In this document: piece by piece, positions 35,328 to 47,770 of the stretch
Numbering within the stretch: the first letter of the stretch is position 1
How the letters are laid out: each line of letters opens with the position of its first letter
NCBI GenBank assembly: GCA_030141605.1
Contig: JAQGDQ010002374.1
Span: forward strand, 124,001-188,000
Reading direction: 5' to 3'
Length of the DNA: 64,000 bases
Source of the DNA: Tubiluchus corallicola
Taxonomy: Eukaryota > Animalia > Priapulida
Position numbers and translations under genes: made by a program
The notes under the pieces: model-generated
What the model was told of the DNA's origin: nothing
Seen by the model: only the letters and a program-made list of their open reading frames with translations
The model's database searches: none

Positions 35328-35685
35328 AGGCCATATTACTCTGAAGGCTAGTATAGGTTGCTGCCTAGAACCCTCAGGCTTGAAGTGCTCTTCTAAAAAT
35401 CTTCAAATTAACTTTTTCGTAAAATGAGTATAATATTTCAATTATTTGTATTGCTGAATTAAAAAGGGAGGCCTAGGAGTCTAAAAACCCAATTTTAAAA
35501 GAATGGTGTGGCCTGTTATTGTGGCGCGTTATTTGACATAGGGGGCCCTAGTTTTGGGTCCTAGCAGTAAATCGTGGGCCTCGGTCCATGTTTCTTTATC
35601 ATCGTGCGAATTAGAAGGTAGCTCTGTCGAGGGGCCCCATAATTTTATTATACTAGGGATCCCAAAAGATCATAACATGGCTCTG
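35328..35685. mobile_element. hAT MITE family copy (degenerate)
   Basis: Shares CTAGTATAGGTTGC.GCCTA... and GAGGGGCCCCATAATTT...CTAGGG..CCCAAAAG.TCATAA with the copies at 53027 and 56254. Confidence 0.65.
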
Positions 35686-36375
35686 CTGGGGAGGCAATGA
35701 TTTTGCGTGCTTCTCTAATCAGTACTCTGCTTTTCGAATTTCACTCGTTCGCACATTGCAATGATTTTATTACATTATGTATATCAGCATCTAGACCCCC
35801 TATGTTTTTCACAGAAATTCTTCCATACATATGTTCTAGCAGTATTGAACCATGATTATGACTTTAAAAGAATAAAAGAAAAGAAAAATCAATGAGCTCC
35901 CATGGCTTCTCTGCCATGGTAACTTGCTAAGTGAACAGGTTAGAGTCATTAATACAATTTTTGTTTATGTTTTATTTCTTAAACCTTTCTAGTACCTTTA
36001 TCATTAGACCAAGGGTCTTCCGCCTTGTTTAAGAAATTATCTGAGGATCTGGGCACCTGTAAAATTATCATAATGCGTAGTCTTTATTGAATTTATTATT
36101 GAAAACCATCTCTCATTAGCGTTATATAGTATCTCGATAAAATTCACGTTCACGTATGTAACAGCATGTGCTTCATCTCAATGAAATTTATATTCTGCGA
36201 ATGTAACAGCATGTGGTTGCATCGAGAATGCCACAAGTATACTTAAGTTTTGATTAACTTCCGTTAATGTCCCGCTTCTGGAGTACTCAAGAATAGCTTG
36301 AAGTTCCATTGATCATTTCTCAGAGACGAGCTTATTAGATATGCACCACGGTATGCCCAGTACGATAAAGTACAA

Positions 36376-37944
36376 TGTTATGAATAAATTTATGAATCGG
36401 TAATTTGGTGATTAATTAATAGAATTATCTACTGAATTAGATTCAGTTGATAAAACGGATACCTCTTTGATTTGATAAGATAAATTTATTGATTGATTAT
36501 ATGAACTCACTCAGCTGGCAAGGCACGAGATTTAATGCGAAGCAAATTATTTTCACAGGTGTGTTTTTGCGTTTACTGAAGGTAAACAGGTGTTCATTAA
36601 GAGAAAGCGTAATCTTGTTTATAACCTTATGCAAGCGTAGATAAACGCTCTATATAACATATGCAGAGTTACACGTAATTCTTAAGAATATATAATTATT
36701 AAGAAGTCGCGAGAAGCAAAACTTCTTTGGAAAGAAAGCTTTATGGCCGACGCCAAGCTTGCGATGAAACTTTGGGAGCAAGGAGTTCTGAAAGACAGAC
36801 CTGGCGTGCAGCTAACTTCCCACGGAGGAGAAAGAATTCTTGAACCACCTGGATGGTCATAAACTTCTTGGCAGGGTAAAGCCAAGGATGTCACCTTTAA
36901 CCTATTGCACCATATTGCGTTTCAGCGCGACATTACGCAAAGCGGAACTTGGAGTTATAAGCCCGTGTTTGAAGACACGTGGTGGTTAGTTAGTTGGGTG
37001 CGAGCAGAGAGCAACATCAGGGAGAGAGGAGCCAGAGAGAGGCGACAGGAAATCTGACAAGTGTATAGACTTCGTTTCGAACCAGCGTGGACCATCGTTC
37101 TACGTCCTCAGCTAATCTGAGCACTGGATCTACGAATAGTCTTACAGAAGCATTGGATTTGTGTACGGGAGTTGCATTGGCCATTCCACCGAGTTAAGTA
37201 ATCTTAACGCATTTGTAACTTGAGAGTAACTCTGCATAGTAGTAGTTCACATTGTAGTAGACACCTTAAGTGTAGCATACGGTTTGATTGTAAAGTGTAT
37301 ACTTCACATTGTATTTAGCACCTTAAGTGCAACGCACGGAAAATTGATAAGTGAATTATTCGTGTATCTCTTGGAGCTAAAACATTATTTGTGAATGCCG
37401 ACCAGCGTCTAAGACCAAATCGTGTACAAATATCTAGCTAAGAGTAATTGTTGTAAACCAATAAAAGTATTCACTTTGACTTAAATTACGAGTTCATGTA
37501 TGCTTATAGGTGTTTAAAGTTAAGCAACACTAGATTCGATAACGAACCTGTAGATTCGCATTGTATTAATCATTAATTAATTTAATAAAGCTCAATTGCG
37601 GGAGCTAAGCTAGAAAGCTTTTGGGATAAAGACTTTTCTCACAGTGCGAAGTCGTAGAGTCAGTCTAGAGGGACTAGATTATCGCCCGATAGACTAATCT
37701 TAAGCCCTAGGAGCCAGGTGTTAAATCACCTTGTGGCGATTAATTAAGATAGGAAGCGAATCAATTTCAAATCAATTTTAAATGGATATATAAATCAAGT
37801 GAATGCTATACGATCACAAGATATAATAATTAATAAGAGATAACTGGTGTATTAGATCAGTATAAAAAGGATCATAAGATTTATAGATCATAACTGGCAC
37901 TTGCGACCAGGATTAAATAGATACGATTTATATATATCATAACA
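36376..37944 (+). mobile_element. Probable solo LTR (Gypsy-like), ~1.57 kb
   Basis: TG...CA ends with 8-bp inverted repeat TGTTATGA/TCATAACA. TATA-like ~36955 followed by a GA-rich tract, AATAAA at 37460, PBS-like TGG at 37895. No clean TSD. Confidence 0.6.
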
Positions 37945-37994
37945 ACGTGGAAAAAGCTGGACTCTGTATCTCAGAAATTTAATCTGCATTTCTT

Positions 37995-38810
37995 GTGAAA
38001 GTGCTTGCAGAGCAAAGAGGCCATGGAAAGTGCACAGTCGTATATAAACTTATGAAAGTGTTTGTAGGGCAAACGGATATTGCAAAGGGTATAGCAGCTT
38101 GTACTTATCGTGAAAATACTTGCAGAACAAAGAGGTGATGCAAAGAGCACAGCAGTTTGTAATTTTGGTGAAAGTACTTACAGAGCAAAGAAGTAATACA
38201 AAGAGCACAGCACCTTGTACTCATTCTGAAAGTATTTGTAGAGTAAACGGGTATTACAACGAGCGCAGCAGCTTGTATTCATCATGAAAGTACTTGTAAA
38301 TCAAAGGGGACAGCAGCTTGTAATCACTGTGAAGGTACTTGCATAGCAAAAAGGTAAAGCAAAGAGCACAACAACTTGTACTCGTTACGAAAGTACTCGT
38401 AGAGCAAACAGGTAACGCAAATAGCAAAGCAGCGTGTATTCATTATGAAACTGCTTGCAAAGCAAAGAAGTAATGCAAAAAGCACAGCAACTTATTATGA
38501 AAGTACTGGCAGAGCAAACGGGTATTGCAAAGAGCATAGCAGTTTATAATTCTTGTAAAAGTACTTGGAAAGCAATGAGGTAATGAAAACAGTACAACAG
38601 AAAACCGTATTTCATTTTCAGAATTTCATCTGGATTGTGTTTATCATTTTAAACTTTGTTGGGCTAGCTAATAAATGTGTCCGATAAAGAGCTCAGGTGC
38701 ATAGGAAAGTACTTGCTGAGCAAACGGGCATTGCAGACAACATAGCAGCTTATAATTCTTGTGAAAATACTCGCACAGCAAAGAGGTAATGCAAAGAACA
38801 CAGCAATTCA
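37995..38810 (+). repeat. 58-bp minisatellite, ~13 copies (GAAAGTACTTGCAGAGCAAAGAGGTAATGCAAAGAGCACAGCAGCTTGTA...)
   Basis: Unit starts at 37997, 38054, 38112, 38170, 38228, 38286...; interrupted at ~38600-38700. Confidence 0.92.
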
Positions 38811-38929
38811 AACTTCAATGAACTTCAATGAGTCAGTGTAGATTGACACATGTTTTCGGATGCTATAAAAACATTTTTAGTTTAAAATATTAGACTTTAG
38901 ATGTTTTAAATATTTACTTTTGTCCTGTG

Positions 38930-39120
38930 TTCTGTGGCCGGGTGAGCTGAGCTGCAGATTGCAAACATGCTTAGTGTTACAGTCCAGGCTCTTGATCCGC
39001 AGGTTCAGTGCCAGTATACATAGGGCTTACTCTCTATGTTACATCATTTGTGTTATGTCATCTTAACCTGTATAATTGTTGTAAGTGTGACAGCCATTAG
39101 TGCATATGTTGTCTGTTAAA
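38930..39120 (+). mobile_element. tRNA-derived SINE copy
   Basis: A-box-like TGGCCGGGTG. Homologous, in inverted orientation, to 39345-39500. Confidence 0.6.
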
Positions 39121-39344
39121 ATCAGTGACGTAAAAATACATCACATGTATGTTCAATTGTTCATAATCTTTGACTACAGTACGTTTCAATAAGTCCTCGC
39201 TATGTTCTGTTCATAAATTTACCATACTCTGCAATAAAAATAAAATAATTTTTGCAACTTTTTATAGTTATACTTACAATACAGTTACAATTTTCACATT
39301 GTAAGTTAAAGTGTAAGATAAATGTAAAGAGCGTTTATCGCCAT

Positions 39345-39500
39345 TCACTTAATATACAACATTAGCAATAATGGCTGCTGCACTTACAACAATACAGGTT
39401 AAGTTCACGTAACACATATTACATAACATAGAGGGTAGGTCTTATGTGTCCTGGGATTGAAGCCTGCGGGGCTCGAACCTCGACTGGAACACTGAAATCG
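39345..39500 (-). mobile_element. tRNA-derived SINE copy (inverted partner)
   Basis: Minus-strand B-box GGTTCGAGCCC; body CTCTATGTTA...CTTAACCTGTAT.GTTGTAAGTG..CAGCCATTA shared with the 38930 copy. Confidence 0.65.
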
Positions 39501-39777
39501 TATCTCTGTATCATCATTAAGACGCTACAGCATCTTAAGAAAATAACAATGCGCGCATCAAAAGATTTGCTTTAATGAGATCATTTGGGCAGTGACATTT
39601 CGCTGCACGGCGTATAATGCACTAATTAGGCCTACTGGTGTCACATTACAAGGTGCAGTATGAGTTTGACATATTTGCTTCTTTATTGTTGAGTAAGCTC
39701 TTGCATTAAAATCGTGTCATGCAAATCAACTTATAAGTTTGCTGAGAATGTTGGCTTAAAAGTCTCTGTTAATTTTA

Positions 39778-42005
39778 CTTTTTTTATTTAACATTTTATT
39801 TAATACAAAACATACTTTACAAATTACAAAAAACTAAGACGTTTAAATTAACATTAAACAAATGTAAACACTAATTGACTGTCAATGAATGCAATTAGTT
39901 GCAATCAGTAAATATGCATTGACTACAATCTGGCAATTTTGGTTGTTCAGTAAATCATTAGAATATATGTTTCAAAGATAACCAACTAGCTTCAACTTTT
40001 TCTAGCATCCCAAGATAGGCACCTACATATTTCTCCGCCTTATACATATACTTAATACAGCTCACTGCATGATTAAAATTCAGTATTCGTAATTTGCTTC
40101 GAGTACACCAAATATAATATTTTACTATTAAAATGGTCTTATTTAAACAACTACAATTGACTTATCAATTTCTTATGCATTACTTGTACTTTGCACCCAC
40201 CATTGTTTGAAATGTTCCCATATGAGTTTTACTTTATTACAATCCCACAGAATATGTAATATGGTTTCTGTTTCCGAATTGCAAAAATTAGAAGTGTCAG
40301 AATCAACCTTATTGATTTTGTGGTTAGTATTCTGTGCAGAACACTAAACTGGCAATTGCGTCTATTAGGATCTTTTGTACATTTGAAACCAAGCAGATAT
40401 GCGTTTTTCCAATTTATATTATAATTTATGAATTTTCCCTACCATTTCAGTTCAGAAATTGGCGGAAGACTTTTTTGAGATAATAACTTTTTATACACAA
40501 TCGATGTTTTAAAGTCGCCTTGTGATACAAGTTTTTCAGTTCCGCGATTTTCAGTCTCGGCTCTACACTGTTTAACACCCGCATTTCGAATATCATTGCA
40601 CCATCTATTTGGAATTGCACTGACAAGACTGTAATATTCAAGAAAATCAACTTCAATTTCAAATTTACTAATGAACTGATCACGTGGCATTACGGTTCCA
40701 TTATCATTCATTAAATCCTTAACGTATAATACATTATTTTCAATACATGTTGTACAGAACGCAGGAGTAACGTTTGTCTTTATATTATTATTATACCATA
40801 ATGTCTGTTTTAAATAATCCGTTTGAGTTATCGGATTTCTTAATACTTCACACCAGCATATAATTACATCTTGCCAGAAGGGGTTTCCAAACGTTACACT
40901 CTTCTTTACTAGGAAAGTTTTTTCCATTTTCCAAAATGGGATTCTACCCAGTTTTTCTAAGAATTTTTTTGTTATCTCTTGCCAAGTTCCATCTGTTGTC
41001 ATTAGCCTTTGAGTCCACTTAGATTTCAAGGATTCGGCAAGCGATTCCAAATCCACCATATTTGCTCCACCTTCTGAAATTTCGGACATAAGTGTTTTTA
41101 TTTAACTTTATCTCGTTTACCACCCCATACAAACTTATATGCTAATTTCTCAATAGGTTTAAATTTTTCATAATTCACAATGGGGAGGGATGGTAACAAA
41201 TGGACTATTTTTAACAATATTAACGATTTAAAAACAGCTATCCGCCCACAGATCGTAAGTCATTGCCAGGACCAAACTTTTATAAGATTTCGAATTTCAA
41301 CAAGTTTATCTTTCAAATTCAGATCAAAAATCTTCTCCAAATTATGCAGATCAAATTTTATTCCCAAAACTGTAAAGATATCATTCGTCCAGTCCAACTG
41401 TAAATTTTTACAAATGCGTGCTTGGGAACCCCTTAAGGCACCGAACCAAATTGCCTTTGTTTTATTAGAATTCATTTTTAACCCAGAAAATTTACCAAAA
41501 TTATTTACTATACGATGGGCTGCAAATAGTGAAGCAGATGAGAATAACTGTGGTATCATCCGCATATTGGCTTAAGACTATTTCGTTGTTATTTTCAACA
41601 ATACTCTTAACATCTTTACATATTTCAAAAGCTAAAAACTCCACGCACAATATGAAAATGTATGGCGAGACAGGGTCCCCCTGCCTATTTCCCCGATGCA
41701 ATTTGAAGAAGCTACTGTATGATCCATTATTAAGCACACAGCTTTCAATATTATTATAACAAATTCTGATCCATTTTTGAAAATTATCACCAAAATTTAA
41801 AAAGTTTAATATTTTGTCTATGAATTTTCACTCTATGGTGTCAAATGCCTTTTCAAAATCAATTAATAACAAAATTCCAGGAATGCCACTTTTTCTGCGT
41901 AAAGTAATGTCGTACAATAGTCTTGTGTTTTCAGCTATGTATCGACCCTTTAACAAACCTTTTTGAGTGTCGCTGATTAACACGTCAATAACGTTTTTAA
42001 ACGTT
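39778..42005 (-). mobile_element. 5'-truncated L1/Tx1-clade LINE (RT + CCHC), decayed
   Basis: GRYIAENTRL, LIDFEKAFD, RGNRQGDPVSPYIFILCVEFLA, SQYADDT, KISEGGANMVDL, FCNSETETILHILWDC. AATAAA plus poly(A) tail at ~39778-39800. Confidence 0.93.
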
Positions 42006-43769
42006 GGATTAAGACTCGTTAGTTTTACTTAATAACAACTGCGACAGGTTAGTGGTCACGTTACTCTGTTTTTTTTTAAATTATTATCAAATGTCCTTAT
42101 GTTTGTAGCTTATCGTAAAATGATAAAGCATGAACGACACCTTTAGAAACCGTCCGTGCAGCTGTAATTTCGTAAATTGTTGGGAGGATTCCAATGATAT
42201 AGGCGTTGATACACGATTAACTAAAGTCATTCAACTGGCTTGAAACGACAAAAACTTAAATTAACTTTTCCTGCTTTTTGCGCAATATGAACATTCGTTG
42301 CTACAAAACAACTAATATTGTTTTTTCAAATAAGTGGTTTAAGTCGTTCGACTGCCATTCCGTCGTTGTCACATCAAGAAGCTTACCAGCTTTCACGGCA
42401 GATTTGAGTTGAAAAATGCGCCCTACTAGAGTTGAATGGATGTCAAATAAATAACACCTTTTCTCTAAATTGTAATGGGTAACGATATTTGCAATAGACA
42501 CATCCTGCAAAAATCCCAGATTTATCAAAAGTCTAACATAATAATGCACCTATAGGAACATGGTGAGCTTTCTTTCATTTTCTGATAGACATCTAATGAG
42601 TGAAAAAATTTGAAAAACACTCAGAGCCTAGTAGTTAAATATATTCATCGATAATAATTTTTAGTGAACACCCCGAAGTCATTTAAGCAAGTAGGTGTAG
42701 GCCTAAAGGTACGTTGGATTGTTGATTATTTAGATATTGCTTAAAATTGTGAAACAGTTCGAGCAAAACTTATAACAGTAAAATTTTGTAACGCTGTGAG
42801 ATGATCTGTCATTTGTCTTTGTTCATACACGGGAGAGTAAGATGGTTTGCTCAGCGGTCACTTAGTGTGTACGGAAAGGCCTAAATGTTCATATATACGG
42901 ACTTTGACGTACCGTCTTGTTTTGATCAACGTATTATTCAAAGTAATATTAGCTAATATTACGCAATAATATTAAGTTGCCACTTGCAATCCAATCAGAA
43001 CATTTCATTTTCACAGATTAATAGGCTAACACAACGCGTGTAAGTCTAACTCAAACTACGCAGTTACAAAAAGTACTTTTCAGCTTAATTTTTGAAATAC
43101 TGCTAGCCTTAATCGTACAGATACCAAAGACGCATTTGCTGAGTTAAACAAACCACCAAATTTAAAGGTACATAAGCTTCTGACAGTTCAGCATTCACAT
43201 TTATAGACGGCGCTGATTAGGCCTAAGGACTGTACTATAGCATAGTGCCATTATGCACAATGTGATGGCATTTAAAAACTGAGCAATCGCTATAAGCGCC
43301 AATGACAAGCGCCAGCTCATTTCAGTTGCTATTTATTGTGCTTCATATCGAGATATTTCCTAACACAATTTCCCCTAAAAGACAAAATTTGCTTGAAGGT
43401 GACGGCCGCAGTGGTCTTTTCTTCACTCTAACAGGCCTCTAATTTGTGCTTAGTTTTATATCCGCAGTAATTAATGAATAATTAACGAGTTCTTTGATGA
43501 GGTTTAACAGATAACGCAGAAAAGTCGTAAAAGCTTTATTGGAAAACTTATTATGCGTCAGCGTCCGCTCGTCTTGGCGTTAATGATGCAGAATGTGACC
43601 TTTTCAATTTATTGTCATTTTTACAATCCTGTGCGTATTTATTCGGCAAAGACGTGTTGCCAAGAAGTTATTTAAATTATGACCATGGAACACTTAAAGA
43701 ACGTTTCTATCTTTGTACGTTATTTACCCAGATTTTTTAACGTTCGGAAGAAGCCGGTGTTTATGGTTA

Positions 43770-44060
43770 GGCTACCAGGTTAGCAACAGAAGTTAAGCGA
43801 TGCAATCTGATTAGTAAATGGATGGGCAGCCACCCGGGAATACTTCTTTTAGTCAGTTTCGTCTGTAACACGGCTTCTCGGGATTTCTGTCATTGAGGGA
43901 GGATGTATGCGTATGTCCTTGGCATATCCAACGTGGCAAAGACATTTCTGTCGGTCCAGTGTGTCATTCAAGAGGATTATCCTTGATGTATGTAAATTCC
44001 GGTCCCGCCGCAACGGTCAACATTTAGTACACCTTGACGTTCAGTGTGAAAAGATGTAAA
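43770..44060 (+). mobile_element. 5S rRNA-derived SINE (SINE3-like) or 5S pseudogene fragment
   Basis: GAAGTTAAGCG...GATTAGTAAATGGATGGGCAGCCACCCGGGAATAC (43790-43843) aligns by eye with the 5S internal control region (A-box, IE, C-box), followed by a non-5S body. Confidence 0.7.
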
Positions 44061-44463
44061 AATTAACTAGTCATTTATAATTATTGGGAAAAAGTGCCTA
44101 ATTTAAGTGATAATAATGTCACTGACGATTTTGTGTGCAATTTGGTATGTTATCTGCCTGAGCGTCTGAGCGCTTGTCCAACGCCTTCGAGTGGCTGTAC
44201 TGTGTATATTTTACAGGCAGTGTGAAACCGGGTATTCTATACAATGCCTAGGCATTTAATGGAAAGTCAAAACAAACCAGGTAAAGTGTCTAACTTAGTT
44301 CCTTCTACACTTTTCATAGGCATAATATATATAACGCTAATGTGTGTCCGGGCATAATGTGTAATTCTTGGATTCGTAGTGTACTGTTCCTAGACATTTT
44401 GTATAATGGCAATTTTATTTTAGGGGATGTGCGAATTTAAATTCGATTTGTTGGTAGGTCGGT

Positions 44464-44715
44464 TGGATAGATAGATGGATAGATAGATAGATAGATAAAT
44501 AGATGGATTGATGGATGGATGGATGGATGGACGGACGGACGGACGGACGGACGGACGGACAGACAGACAGACGGACAGACAGAGAGACAGGCAGGCAGGC
44601 AGACAGACAGACAGAGAGACAGGCAGGCAGGCAGACAGACAGACAGGCAAACAGACAAACAAACAAATGACAGACAGAGAGACAGATAGCTAAAAAGGTA
44701 GATGGACGGGCGGAC
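44464..44715 (+). repeat. Compound tetranucleotide microsatellite GATA/GATG/GACG/GACA/GGCA
   Basis: Directly visible. Explains ORFs 44415-44693. Confidence 0.95.
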
Positions 44716-45374
44716 GGAGAAAGAAACAGAGGCTATACAGAGGTATACAAGCCTTATGGTCTGATGTGCCGGCTATAACTTGTAAATCACTTTCATTCAA
44801 AATCTATAGTATTTCAGTCAGCCAGTTAATCAGTTATATGAAATGCATAGGAATTTTAAGAAACCTGTAACATATAGGCCACTCGTCGAGTTACGAGCTT
44901 ATTATCTTGTCGGAATACCGGAAATCTAAAATTAGCAAACTAAGTAATAAAACTTTTACTGCTGCCAAGCTTACAAGGTCACAAGGGTTTCACAGGAACC
45001 TAAGCCTTAACGTAATGGACCGTTTAGTTTATGTTGTTGCAATTAAAACTACGTATAATGCCAATACGTTGCGCGTTGCTTGTATAGCCAAAAGAAATTG
45101 CAGTAAATTTCCTGTCTTGCATAAAAGAAAAGAAAAAAATTGCTATAATTTCTATGTTCATGGTCAAAACGCTAATCACAAATTAACGTTTTGTTTGAGC
45201 AAAAAATTCCCAAGACATATATTTTAACCTTCGGGTAAAAAATTTAAGCTGACAAAAGCAAAGACAACATTTATTTACGTATTTTATTTACTCATTTATA
45301 TTTATTTACATGTCTTACAGGTAAAGATGCAGCACATAAATAAGTAATTGTTACGTTAGCTTTTTGTCTCGCGA

Positions 45375-45655
45375 AGGACGAATAAAAGAGGTTCTGGGGT
45401 TTTCTTCTCTAACCGTGTCGTTCAAATGTGGAACTCCCTATCCAGTCCGGTAAATGATGCACCTTTGGTCACTGCGGGCAGTTCTAAACTTTTCAACATT
45501 AGATAGAATTTTGATAAATGGCTTGTGTACGATAGGCGCATGTAAACAGCTTGTCTCTTTACGTCTCTCCTCACATTCATGTTTTTAATGTTTTATAGTT
45601 TGTTTTTTTAATGTATATTTTTATTGAATGTGAAATAAAATAAAATAAAAATAAA
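45375..45655 (+). mobile_element. CR1-type LINE 3' end
   Basis: FFSNRVVQMWNSLSSPVNDAP followed by a T-rich UTR and an (AAATA)n tail. Confidence 0.7.
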
Positions 45656-46099
45656 CAACACATCTTTACTCTAGTCAATTGATAAAGTGTAATATTATTC
45701 TGCATGAATTTAAAATCATAGATGCAAAGTTAATCAATCTCTTAGATCTCCAAATAGGTAAGAAAATTGAAAAATTTGTGGCTACCAATAACCAAATGTT
45801 TGCAAAGTATACTTTTATTTTGAGCAAATGTTCTACATTGTGAATTATTTGCTTAATCAGCTAGGGCATTATTCCATAAACGAACTCTTCGAGGAAACAC
45901 AAATTATTAATGACTCTTACTGCTATTTTTGAATGCGATCAGCATCGTTATAGACAGTTTCTGCTCGTATGTCTCAATCTCTTATCAAAATAATAAATGC
46001 TCCAGTAAATCTCTTTAAATAAAGCAAGAAGATTATAGGAGTGATGCATGAGCTGAAACTCTTGAGGAGGGACAAAAGATGCAGTTGTATGTCACTTCG

Positions 46100-46356
46100 C
46101 TTGGGCACAATTCGCCAGTGTATCATTTCGTCAGTCTATCGTTTAGCCAGCCTATCATCCGTCAGTCTATTCTTTCGCCAGGATTATTTAAATATTTACA
46201 GCGCTATCTCTAATATCACCTGGCGAAATGGCACAGTGGTGAAATGATGCACTAGCGAAATGCTGCGCTGGCGAAGTGCAGTACTATTTAAATGCTTACT
46301 TTACTATTTCTAACTACAACTGGCGAAATGCTAACTGGCGGAATGGGTGATTACCA
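46100..46356. mobile_element. Foldback-like MITE built from TTCGCCAG / CTGGCGAAATG repeats
   Basis: Left half carries TCGCCAG-like units; right half carries the inverted CTGGCGAA units. Confidence 0.6.
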
Positions 46357-46881
46357 TAAAAACGAAGCTGATTGGCATTTACAACGTTCAGACTTTAAAT
46401 GAGAGTGCTTAAGACGTATTGGTCAATTACAATCATCTCTTACATAGAATTAATTTAACAAAATGTAATAAAACTGCAAATTTAAGCAGAATCCGATACA
46501 GTCAGAATTTTGTCAAGAGTTTGTCAGAATTTAAAACCTAACGAATCTAATGAATGCATCAGCAAAACGTAACATGATAAATGAGAAAAGTCTGAAAATA
46601 ATCACTCTGACTTCTTCTTCTACGAGTGAAAGTGCAAAAGAAGTTTTTGAATGTCTGCATTTCACCATTTTTTTCATTTGGATATTTTGCAAGCCGGCGT
46701 CCTGCATTCATCAGCAGTGACTACTTACCGTGGCGCTTATGGCGGTACCCAAATCAATCTAGTTTATTAAAATTGAGGTAGACACTGAACCTACAAAATT
46801 ACTTAGCCCACTTTGAAAATTTGTAAGCATCTAACGTCAACGGATCCTAGGATAGTGTTGTGTTTTAAGATGTTTGTAAAG

Positions 46882-47206
46882 CAGGGGATCTTTTCTATGC
46901 AGTATACAGACCCCTAATGTTTGATTAAACGACTTTTCAAAAATGATATCATATTAGTATTGAACCACATATAGCATTGCACTTGAGCAATCACAATTAT
47001 TACTTTAAAATTCAATTACTATATTCCTTTGTTCTTGTTTCAACTTTCTTGAAATTTGATGAGTAGGTGATAAATCGACAGCAACCATTTCAATAGGTAA
47101 TAACATAAACAAAAACAAATAAAAAAAACAAGTCATATAACCTATATTTCTACCACTCCCTGAAAAGCTATATTGTGTTCCCTGGGACCCAGGTTGGGAA
47201 CCCCTA
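46882..47206. mobile_element. hAT (Charlie/MER5-like) MITE
   Basis: CAGGGGATC ... GGTTGGGAACCCCTA ends, 6/8 TSD TTGTAAAG/CTGCAAAG. Confidence 0.7.
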
Positions 47207-47253
47207 CTGCAAAGAAGTAATTCAATGCTTTATTGTCAATAAATTTTATATGT

Positions 47254-47335
47254 GCAGCGTGATTATAATACAGAATACTATATTCTCTTTATACGCGCAG
47301 CGTGATTATAATACAGATTACTATATTCTCTTTTA
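47254..47335 (+). repeat. 43-bp tandem duplication
   Basis: GCAGCGTGATTATAATACAGA.TACTATATTCTCTTT twice. Confidence 0.9.
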
Positions 47336-47700
47336 TCGCTTTTGCAGGCGAAGAAGACAAAAACCTCACAGTAGTTTCTCTCGATATTGTCTCACACGAG
47401 AGATGAGTGACCCACCTAAACTATGGATGAATTTAAATGGAATACACGTGAAGACGATATTTCTCGCATCACGTCAAGAATTTTCATAGCCACAGAGGAT
47501 AAAAAAGCTTAACAAGTGCCTAATAATGCATTCAAATATCATATGTGAGAAGTACACCAAAGCTCGCCCAAATAGGTTCTACTGAATTATTTTATTCTGA
47601 TCTAGCGACAATTTGGCTGCATTCAGACTATCTTAAATGATTTTTCATATCAGTAGAACTAGCAGCAGCAGTTGAAAAGGAAACGACAACAATTGCAGAA

Positions 47701-47770
47701 ATGCAGAAATCGCCGAAACCAACAGATTCCAAGATCGTAGTATTCGGAAAGACGGGTGTAGGAAAATCAG
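47701..47770 (+). CDS. RERG: RERG coding exon 1 ([23 protein letters not shown])
   Basis: P-loop present. Donor CAG|gtacgg, upstream acceptor at 47653. Confidence 0.9.

Noticed and set aside
44415-44693. ORFs with SVCL/TDGR repeats
   Set aside because: Translation of the tetranucleotide microsatellite.
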